Source: the human T2T-CHM13v2.0 reference genome, Homo sapiens. Taken from it: a stretch of DNA of 64,000 nt. Positions 50,430 to 64,000 of the stretch are shown one piece after another. The notes under the pieces are model-generated. The model did no database searches. It had not been told where the DNA came from and saw only the letters and a program-made list of their open reading frames with translations. The position numbers and the translations under genes were made by a program. Each line of letters begins with the position of its first letter. Within the stretch, counting starts at the first letter, position 1. Location of the stretch: the NCBI RefSeq assembly GCF_009914755.1, contig NC_060932.1; one strand, written 5' to 3'.

Positions 50430-51110
50430 TAAAGAGTAGCCAACATAGGAAAGGTCCAGAAAGATCTGCAAATACAACTTTTCATACTTGCATCTTCCGT
50501 TTTCTCTTTCCTGCAGTGGTTTTCCCTCCCCACCCACTGACTGCTTCTTATACATTAACAGGCATCCCCAAAGATTTTTTTTATACCCATATCTGTGATT
50601 CTTTGTACTTTTTCCTTTCTTGGAGTAAGAGGCTCTGTTTCGTCATGACTGAAGCTCCCCCGATTATTTCCTCCAAAGTTTCCTGGGACTTTTTTTCATC
50701 CCATCATTTGGCTGTAGCAATTGTTCTTCTGCATTTTTCTGGCTGCTGGTTCATTTCTCTACCTGTTTCCTGCATCCATGCCTTTCATGCCTTTCATTTA
50801 AACTTCCATACAGCCAACTCTATTTGCAGTATAAAACCTTTCTTTGGCTTCCTCCTTTCCAAAAGCACTTTTACTTTAAAACATTTAATGATATTTCTCA
50901 CCATTCTGTGCCTCCATGAAAAGAGATCCCAATTTCCTTCCCTTGTCCTTCTACTTTATTTTTCATTTCCTTCTGTTCAAACACGGGTTGCTAACATGCT
51001 GGGTCCAGCTGAGCCATCACCTAGCTTTTGAGACGTTCATTTCCACCGTCACCACAGAACCGCAGTGTCTTCCCTGGTACATTTCACAACTTTCAGTCTT
51101 TCTTGCTCAT
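50430..51110 (-). mobile_element. Decayed pogo/Tigger-type transposase fossil
   Basis: Minus-strand fragments with frameshifts: F-TANR-GWLY-KFK (CENP-B HTH), ETLEEIIGG, FSHDET (first catalytic D motif), RIT..N..SG..KPL. Confidence 0.55.
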
Positions 51111-51912
51111 GCCCTTCAGGGCCGGGGAGTGGCACACATACAATTACAGCGAAATTACCACTGTTTCTCAAGATCTCCTCTTCCTCCAGCTAATTGTGGA
51201 AACTTCAGTCCCTACGCACCCCATCAGGCTGTTTCCTGGTAGCAGAGGAGAGGCAGCTCATAAACTCTTCTTGGCAGCACTGAAGACTAGCTGACCCTGC
51301 GGATGCCATGCTGGCCCTGGCACCTTGGGCCACCTGCTCGCCACCCCCATGAGGTTGTCCACAGCCAGGTGCCTGCACTGCAGCTGCTGTGATGCTTGAG
51401 GCACTGCCTGCAAACCTCATGGCTATAAGGACCAGGTGGCCACCTGGGCTCACAGCCTCCCACAGGCTGCCTCTCACCTCTGCCACAGCTATGCCCATCC
51501 TGGCCCCCTAGAGTCCTGGTGTGCTGGAAAGTGACAGATATGCCCATTGGATGGGGTCCTAATGTGAGGCTGCCCTTGTCCACTCTGGATTCTTTCCATA
51601 TTCCCTCTAGAAAAGGTAACTGGAAGGATCAAAGTCATTACCTTCCCCACGTTGAGCTAGAGTTGAATATTCTTCCATTGGGGGCTGCCTGGCTGGATTC
51701 CGCTCTCTTCTACCCTGCCTTTCCTTCTCCACCCAAAACACACCTACCTCATCAGTGGTTTCCCACACTTTGTAAAACAACAGGATGGGTCTACAGGATG
51801 GTCTCCTCTCTAGATGCTGCAGCCCATTCCTCTTTTTGACATGTACACTGGAGATTAGACCCTGTATTCTCTCATAGTGATCTCAGGCTTTGGCTTCAGA
51901 AGTCAATTTTAG

Positions 51913-52140
<228 letters not shown>

Positions 52141-52147
52141 TGAGTAG

Positions 52148-52333
<186 letters not shown>

Positions 52334-53891
52334 TGAGACAAGGTCTGGCTCTGTCGCCTAGGCTGTAGTGCAGTGGTGCGATCTCCGCCCACTGCAACCT
52401 CTGCCTCCCAGGCTCAAGCCATCCTCCTACCTCAGCCTCTTGAGTAGCTGGGACTACAGGCACACACCACCTCGTCCAGCTAATGTTTGTATTTTTGTGG
52501 AGAAGGGGTTTCGCCATGTTGCCCAGGCTGGTCTTGAACTCATGAACTCATGCCTGCATGAACTCATGAACTTCTGCCTCCGCCTCCCATAGTGCTGGGA
52601 TTACAGGTGTGAGCCACCGTACCCAGCCTCCAAGTCACATTTCTGAAAATTTCTTTGAAATTCCCATCCAGTATCACTGTATATAGAAGAAATATATATA
52701 CATAGTGTAAACTGTGTATATATATATATATAAAAGGGAGAGGACAAGATTGTCAATATTCTTACTTTTCACATCTCATAAATAGAATTTCCTTTCCACA
52801 ACCTCAGAGTTTTACAGAGTGGATGGAAGCAGTAATTCTCCAGGAAGTTTCTAGTATGGTGGTATCAGCCACTCACTGCCTCAAACCCAGTGAAACCCTC
52901 CGTAACACAGACTAGGATATGCCACAATTGGCAATGGGTACCCCTCTTCCAAATGGACCCAAATTCCTATCTCAGGCATGAGGTGAGGTCACTAGTTCAC
53001 TGCCCAGTGGTCATCTGCACTTGCTCAGCTCATTGTGGAGTCAGTGGGCACAGACTAACTTTATCTTATGTGCTTTTTGGGAAATCCCAGAGAGGTTGAA
53101 AAATATTATTTTTAGTTAACGTCACAACAGTGGGGCCCATGTGTTGTGTTTTCATATTAGACTCCACTTACCTCACTATTATGGGTTTTACTGTACTTTC
53201 CTACTGTTTGGATAAATATCTGCTGCCCTGCGGGTCCTCTACCCCAGGTCCTTCCAAGCCCCTCCTCCAAATGACTTCCCACATTTCTGGCATCCCGGCA
53301 AGAGGTGGGAGGGACAGTTTACAAGACCCTGCACCTCAGCAGGTGTCTTTTCTTAAGAGACACCTTAAGGTGGGTGCTCCTTATTAAATATTTCAGATTA
53401 TGTCTGGTTCTATTCGGTGTGGCCCCTTTCCCAAATCACCGGTTGTGGGGAGAACCCCACAGCTGCCTCTGTGCACAGGAAGTGGGTTCTCTGTATCAAA
53501 TCAGGGTTTTCCTCCCTCTGACTCTAGAATTTCACATTCCTAGGCCATTTACCTAGCACGCCTGCACCTGTGACTTAAGTATGATAACGTGAGTTGTTGT
53601 ATGATTGTGTTTACTTCATTCTTTAGTTCATGGCCTGAGCTCCCCTTCTCTTGTTTTTGACTTCTTGGGTTCTGCCTTTATCTCATGTTTTTCCTTGTCT
53701 CCAGCTCTATGTTCTGACATTTCTCCTTTCTTGGAGACTTGAGATTCTTTACAGTGAACTTTCTACTCTCCCCTCCCTGCTTTTCTCCTCTGCGGGCTTC
53801 AGATAAAGTTGAGTCATGGTTCGCCCATTTCCTGTCTTCTCCCCGCCGTTTCTTACTGTCCCATCTTGTTGATTGTTTAATACTAGGAGGG

Positions 53892-54374
53892 TGTGATGGT
53901 TAATACTGAGTGTCAGTCAACTTGATTGGATTGAAGGATACAAAGTATTGATCCTGGGTCTGTGAGGGTGTTGCCAAAAGAGATTAACATTTGAGTTGGT
54001 GGGCTGGGGACAGCAGATCCACCCTTAATCTGGTGGGCACAATCTAATCAGCTTCCAACGAATATAAAGCAGGCAGAAAAACACAAAAAGGAGAGACTGG
54101 CCTAGCATCCCAGCCCACATTTTTCTCCCGTGCTGAATGCTTCCTGACCTCTATATTGGACTCCAAGTTCTTCAGTTTTGAGACTCGGACTGCCTCTCCT
54201 TGCTCCTCAAGCTTGCAGACAGCCTATTGTGGGACCTTGTGATAGTGTAAGTTAATACTTAATAAACTCATATATATATTAATAAACTCATATATATATT
54301 AATAAACTCATATATATATATATATATATCCTATATATCCTATTCTGTCCCTCTAGAGAACCTTGACTAATACA
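53892..54374 (+). mobile_element. Solo LTR MLT2A (HERV-L)
   Basis: tgtgatggttaatactgagtgtc...gagaaccttgactaataca; exact 5-bp TSD gaggg. Confidence 0.9.
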
Positions 54375-54406
54375 GAGGGTGACCTTTCCATTCGCCAAAC
54401 ACCTGC

Positions 54407-54778
54407 TGTATTAGTCCGTTTTCACACTGCTATAAAGAAATACCCGAGACTGGGTAATTTATAAAGGAAAGAGGTTTAATTGACTCACAGTTCCACATAG
54501 CTGGGAAGACCTCAGGAAACTTACAATCATGGTGGAAGGCAAAGGGGACCTTCTCACATGGCGGCAGGAAAAACAAGAGTGAGGAGGGAAAGGGGAAGAG
54601 CCTCTTATAAAACCATCAGATCTCATGAGAACTCGCTCACTATCATGAGAACAGCCTGGGGGAAACTGTCCTCATGATACAGTCACCTCCCACAAGGTAT
54701 CTCCCTAGAGACATGGGGATTATGGGGGTTACAATTCAAGATGAGATTTGGGTGAAGACACAGAGTCTAACCATATCA
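54407..54778 (-). mobile_element. Solo MaLR LTR (THE1D-like)
   Basis: tgtattagtccgttttcacactgctataaag...ctaaccatatca; TSD cctgc/cccgc. Confidence 0.88.
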
Positions 54779-55464
54779 CCCGCCATGGCTGAACTCTATT
54801 TGATGTTCATGCTGAAGCTCTTCCAAAAAAACCTTGTCAGTCTTTTCTGCAAAAAGCTCTTCCCTGCATTTATTCAAGCAGAAGAAAATAACTCAATTGT
54901 TCATCTCTCTCTCTTGCTCTCTCTTTTGAGACAGAGTCCTGCACCCATGCTGGAGTGCAGTGGCGCCATCCTGGCTCACTGCAGCCTTGACCTCTTGGGT
55001 TCAAGCGATCCCCCCCAGCTCAGCCTCCTGAGTAGCTGGGACTACAGGTGTGTGCTACTGCCCCTGGCTAATTTTTTTTTTTTTGTAGAGACAGGGATCT
55101 CGTATGTTGCCCAGGCTGGTCTCAAACTCTTGGTCTCAAGCGATACTTCCACCATGACTGCACCAGGACTTTTCCTGTTTCTTAATTCCTTTAAGGCAAG
55201 CCCAACTCTGTTTACCTCCATTATATAATATTATGCTCTTGGATAAACTGCCTAAGTGCATGTTAACTGTAAAGGGCAGATGTCATTTACCTGTCATATT
55301 TACTCCTTTCTCATTTATTTATATCAGGACTTAGTGTTCCCAACTTCACACTGCACTCCGAGTTTTGAGTCACACCTGTGTGTCTTCTGCTGTCTCTAAA
55401 TGAAACTATCTACCATGTGGTTAACTTAAAATTCCCCTTTGACACAATTTTTTTTTTTTTTTGA

Positions 55465-55755
<291 letters not shown>

Positions 55756-55868
55756 TAATTTGATTCCACACTAATTGTCTCCAGGCCAAACCCCAAACTG
55801 GTCAGCATTTTTCACTAAAGCTATTTAATATCTCACGAAGCCTTTTTTTTTTTTTTTTTTTTTTTTGA

Positions 55869-55976
<108 letters not shown>

Positions 55977-56552
55977 TAGCTGGGACTACAGGTGTGTGCC
56001 ACCACGCCCGGCTAATTTTTTGTATTTTTAGTAGAGATGAGGTTTCACTGTGTTAGCCAGGATGATCTTGATCTCCTGACCTCATGATCGGCCTGCTTTG
56101 GCCTCCCAGGTGCTGGGATCACAGGCGTTAGCCACCGCTCCTGGCCTGCTGAAGCCTTTTAAGGGCAATACAAAATCCTATATCCATTTTACTTTTGCAG
56201 AAATAGTATCCAAAATAAAACCGGTTTCTCTACTGATCGGCAATTTCATGAGAACATTTGTCCCTAAGAATCTGAATTATAGAAAACATATGCCGAGTTC
56301 CCTGAGTCAGTTTGAGCTGAGTTCATAACCATAGTGCTCACCCTATGCTTCTCACTGGGTAGCTGTTCTAATCCCTTGGGAGTGTAAGGGGTGGGTGGGA
56401 GGGGTGGAGATGTAACTTGGGTTCTAGAGTCCGCCTTGGTGGATTTGCATTCTGACCCACCACTCATTTCAGGACCTTGAACAATCTACTTTATCTATGT
56501 CTTGGGTTCCTCATCAGCAAAATCAGAATGATAATATCTATCTTTGGGGTTG

Positions 56553-57015
56553 TGAGAAAGAAACTTCTTATCTGAGGAATGCAGGCCTCCTTTCATTATC
56601 AGGCCCAAAGCAGCACTGAAACATGACAATGTGTGACAGAAGTCATGTCTCATTGCCCCTTGAGCTAAATAATTACTTCTTGAAGCCACTTGCTTATGTG
56701 AGCTCTAGAGTATCTGATGCCAAGACTCCATAAAATTGCATACACTGGACACCATAACTCATACCCTATAGTTCAACAATGTATACCCAATCACTCGTTA
56801 ATGTTACTTCTGTAAACTAATGAGGATTCCAAAAGATTTTTTTATCAGACCACTCCCTGTCCCCTTTTTGTCTTTAAAACCTGCTTGTAACAAAGTAACA
56901 AAGGCCAAAGGCAGCATTCCCCAAGGCAAATTGGAAGTGTCCTGGGCTACAGTCCTCAACCCTGGCCCAAATAAACTATATTAATTTTGCCTCAGTTTCT
57001 TTCCTTAGGTCAACA
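56553..57015 (+). mobile_element. Solo ERV LTR (LTR47-like)
   Basis: TG...CA ends with gttg on both sides; AATAAA near the 3' end; motif ttatctgaggaatgc...ttatcaggccc. Confidence 0.7.
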
Positions 57016-57169
57016 GTTGGGAGGCTTAGATGAGATAATATAGGCAATGTCCTTATAACAAATTCTTAACACATATTAAGTATTCAGTTAATGTTAGGTA
57101 GCTAGTGGTATGATTGCCACACATCTTCCCTGCAAAGGGCCCACAGTTGTTCTTCCCTCACTTAATTAG

Positions 57170-58320
<1,151 letters not shown>

Positions 58321-60668
58321 ATTTTTCTATTGATCCTCACCTAAGTCTGTTGGCACTCAACAGATACTAACCATCACGCAGTCAGATAGGAGAAAGATTA
58401 AAAAAAGAAAAAGCCGTGGACTCCATAGATTTGGGTTTGACCCATGGTTGTAGAGGATTCTTTCCCTCTCACAGGCAGGCATCTATGATTAATTTGCACA
58501 GTGTGCCTCAGAGCGTGAATCAGGAGAAAATCTGGTGGTTTGACCAACCCAGAGATGGGGGTGAAGCTAGCTGAGAAGATAGTCACCTTAGTACTGCTGG
58601 AGAAGGAAGGATGTGAGGGTTTGGTGGACACAGTCATCCGAATGGGATCCAGGTCATTAATCCTTGGCCGCTCTCTGTGCCCAGTGGCCTCCTCTCAACC
58701 AAGGTGCAAACTAAAGGCAATTCACCCTGAACCCCAGGGTGGAGTGCAGGGGAATCCAGCACACGTGGGAAGGTCTGTCCCCCAAGACTTTCTTGTTCTG
58801 GCCTGAGGCTGTTAAATTCCCTGGGGCTGATTGCTCCTCAGTCTCTCCTAAATTTTGTGCATTCCATGCTCACTCCACCCCCATTAGCCAATACAAGAGT
58901 TTTCTTGTGTCTAAAAAAGATCATTTCGCTTTTTTTTTTTTCTTTGAGACCAATTCTCACTCTGTCTCCCAGTCTAGAGTGCAGTAGCATGATCTCAGCT
59001 CATTGCAACCTCTGCCCCCTGGGTTCAAGTGATTCTTGTGCCTCAGCCTCCCAAGTAGCTGAGATTACAGGCGCCTGCCACCATGCTTGGCTAATCTTTG
59101 TATTTTTAGTAGAGATGGGGTTTTGCAATGTTGGCCAGGCTAGTCTCGAACTCCTGGCCTCAAGCGATCCGCCTGTCTCGGCCTCCTAAAGTACTGAGAT
59201 TACAGGCGTGAGCCACCGTGCCCGGCTGATTTCGCTGTTTTTGAAGTTTAAAATGAATATTTCATTTATTATCGTAACACCTTCTAAAGCCTAGCTCCTT
59301 CAGTTTTTAAGTTTATACATCATTTGTTTTAAGTGTAGCAGGTTTTAGCAATCACTGTTAAGGGGTCTTTGATACCTGGCCCAATTTACAAATAGTTTAA
59401 TTGCTGACAAGGAGTCGAATCAGGATGCAAGGGTTCCCTTTATTTAGAAGGGTGTGAAAGTTTAGGGGCAGTGGGTATGGAAAGTTGGAGTGAGAGAGCA
59501 CTGGCTGAGCAGCCAGGAGGGTGGAGACTGCTGGGCAAGAGACACTGCAGACAGGACTTCAACAAAAGTATTGGCCTTTTGGGGAGGTCAGGCAGAGAAG
59601 TTCTGTTTCTCCGCCTCCCTGCAACATCACCTCAATGCCTGGGGCAAGTCACTGGCCAGGACTCCACAAGTCCAGATCTGAAAGCACCTTCGGGTTTTGT
59701 AAACAATCTAAGTGACAAAAATGAATGGGGGGATGAAAAGGAGTCCTTAGTTAATACAGCAAGAAACAATAGCTGATGAAAGAGAGAATTAATATTATTG
59801 AGCACTCCCTGTGACCTGATGAGGTTAGTATCATTCTTCTCATTTTATGGATGTAAAAATTGCACCTCAAAGCTGTACAAGTAGTAAGTAGAGGAGACTG
59901 AATTCATTCTGACAATATTTGCAGTATGTCTTATTAAAAACTATGAACATCTTGCAAAAGTATTGGATCTGATTCAAAGCAGATCGTATCACCATGTTTT
60001 CACCTGTATCATTCTCTCAGCCCTTAGTCCACACTGACTTTTTTCAAAACTGCCATACCAGGTTCATTACCTGAGTTTCTATGGGGCAAGAACGTGCAAG
60101 TCTGATTTTTGTGAATTTCTCACAAGAAACACAGCAGGAAGGGGTTGGTTCTGTGTTTGCCATTTTCCTTGTAATTGCCAAAGTGGAGGCAGAGATGTTG
60201 TGCAATTTCAGAGAGGAGACCTCCAGGGGCTAGGCAGGGACCTCTAGCAGCTCATCAGCAGCAATGCTGGTGGGATCCTACCCAGTGAGGCCTAACAGGG
60301 GGTTAAGGAGAGACGCACACTCTCTGGGCCCCTGGGCCAGTGAACAGACTCATTTGTACGTTTTTATCTCTGGCTGGAAATGTACATTATGAACTTAGAG
60401 AGAATGTCCCAACTTTTCAAATGTCCATGGGAAATTACCAAAATACATGATGCCCCTGGCCTCAAATTTCCAAATGGAGAATGGTATAGGCTTCATTCCT
60501 TGACAACAAATGAAATGAGACTAAGAATGAATAACAAAAGAATAAATTAAGACATCTCAATTTCATGTAGCAAAAGTACACCCCTTATTGGTAACAGCCT
60601 AATTGGTAGAAGCAGATAATTGGAAACAACCTAAATGTTCGACAATAGATGTAGAATAGTATACATTA

Positions 60669-60812
<144 letters not shown>

Positions 60813-60855
60813 TTAGCCGGGCATGGTGGCATGTGCCTGTAATCTCAGCTACTCA

Positions 60856-60960
<105 letters not shown>

Positions 60961-61332
60961 TCAAAATAAATAAAATAAAATAAAATATAGTTACAGAATC
61001 CATCTTCTGCCTGTATTGTTGGCTCTTCAGTTGAAAATTAAGCATTTAGAAGTTGGTATGCTCCCAAACGACCTAACTTCTAAAATGCAAAGGCACTGGC
61101 AAGCTTAGGATCTGATGACTGTCAGATACCTTGCAAATTCCTCATCTGTGGCTAGTGAGAGATCTCTAGGCCTACTGGAGCAGAAAGTATCATGCAACAG
61201 TTTGAGGGAGACTTGTGGTTGGTTCTGGATCCCTTTGTCTGGGGTTGCTACACAACAGTAAGAAAGGTGAGAGGAGTTTCCTTATTTTCTACAGCTCCTC
61301 ATTTGTAACAGGTTTCTGTTGAGAGCAGCTCA

Positions 61333-62682
<1,350 letters not shown>

Positions 62683-64000
62683 TCATCTGGCCAAAACTGC
62701 TGATAGTTCATGTAAGGGGTTGAGCGTAAAGAGTTCTTATACCAGGCATGGTATAATCCCAGCTACTAAAGAGGCTGAGGCAGGGGAGTCCCTTGAGCCC
62801 AGGAGTTTAAGATCAGCCTGGGCAACATAGCAAGAGCCTATCTCAAAATTAAAAAAAAAAAAAAAGAAAGAAAAAGAATAAACAAAGGATTCCTAGTGTT
62901 TCGCCTGCCCCTAGCAGAGAGGAGAGCTCCCCTAGCAGTAGCTTCTGGAGACTAGATTCTTCTTGGATGTTCTACTTTTTCTTTCTACTCACTCCCAGTT
63001 ATGGAGCTTCAGCCTTCATCTTACCGGGGCTTGGTGGGGGCACAAAGCCATCTTGAAGTTCAGCTCTTCTCATTCCTAACTACCCCACTACTGTTGTCTC
63101 ATCACTAAATCGTTTCCTATAATACGGCATCTGCAAGTGCCTATAAAATAATCCTTCATTAATGGAAGTTTAGCTTCTAAATGTTTTCTCTGATGCCTTT
63201 TCATTGCCCCAGGCTTTGGGAGAACATGCGCAGGTGTGTCTAGGCTCTTTAGTGCTGGTCTGGGCTACAGATAATGATGCTTAAATCATACGTGAGGCTT
63301 GGAGTGAGTTGAACATGGATTAGCCTATCTCATCTAGAAATTGATTTAAACCAAGTGGGGACTCAATCCAGGGCTCTCCCTACCTTTCTCCCCTCTTAAT
63401 CATTTCCTGCCTTAGTTCATGCTGTGTAAGGAATAAACGAGCAATCACAAACATTCCTGAAATGAGGATACCCGTAAGAATTAGGTTTTAAAAGTGATTT
63501 CCTCCTCAGGATGCGGTCTGCATGCAAAAAAAAAAAAAATTAAATAAATAGAACAACAGTACATAGAAGACAAAGTGAACAATTTAACTTGAAAGCAGGT
63601 TCTGCTCCACAAAAACTGTGGTGGAGGTATGGCTGGATTTTTTTCTTCTTAAAGAAGAGGAAAAAGTTATTGATAATGAAAAGGAAATGATCTGAAATGT
63701 TTGGTCTAGAGGGCTACTCCATGTCAGAGGCAAAGTTGCCTCTGCTTCCTGAATATATTATGCCTTTGAATATACTGTGTTACTGATTTACTGTAAGTCT
63801 TAGTTTCACTTTCTATGTTTGTTTATGTTAAACCAATTTATCCTGTATGCGAGAGCTAGCTTAGTTTTGGATTGGACGTCTTTAGAAGCTATATTAGTTC
63901 AGAAGGGGTTGGGAAGTATTGGCTAAATGACGCAGCTTCCAGTATGATTTATACCCAGAAACCTTTGCATGAAGATTCTGACTCAAAATATCCATTGTGT

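Noticed and set aside
50396-51031. 211-aa hydrophobic + strand ORF
   Set aside because: F/L/S-rich because it is the antisense of a purine-rich transposase fossil; no domain recognised

Overview
Alu-rich human (primate) genomic DNA recognisable as the NDUFAF6 (C8orf38) locus. It holds the last six coding exons of NDUFAF6 (+ strand, 4523-20891, poly(A) signal ~21643), an intronic U6 retrocopy and a CTCF-like site, then a downstream CpG island carrying the sense/antisense MIR3150A/MIR3150B hairpin. The rest is repeat-dense intergenic DNA (Alu incl. young Yb8 and Ya5, L1M, MIR/L2, solo LTRs, hAT/Tigger fossils). Nearly all entries in the ORF track are Alu or low-complexity artefacts. The most notable unexplained structure is a highly decayed but near full-length gamma-type retroviral env gene (47745-49330: signal peptide, SU motifs, furin site, ISD, TM anchor) followed by a PPT and a probable 3' LTR, with a fossil Alu monomer inserted in it. 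Other notable features: four independent short local direct duplications (34, 383, ~130 and 75 bp; 0.6-2.8 kb apart), one of which duplicates a splice acceptor on both sides of exon 7, and an ~810 bp minisatellite grown out of an Alu linker. Repeat subfamily names are from memory of consensus sequences, not from a search.
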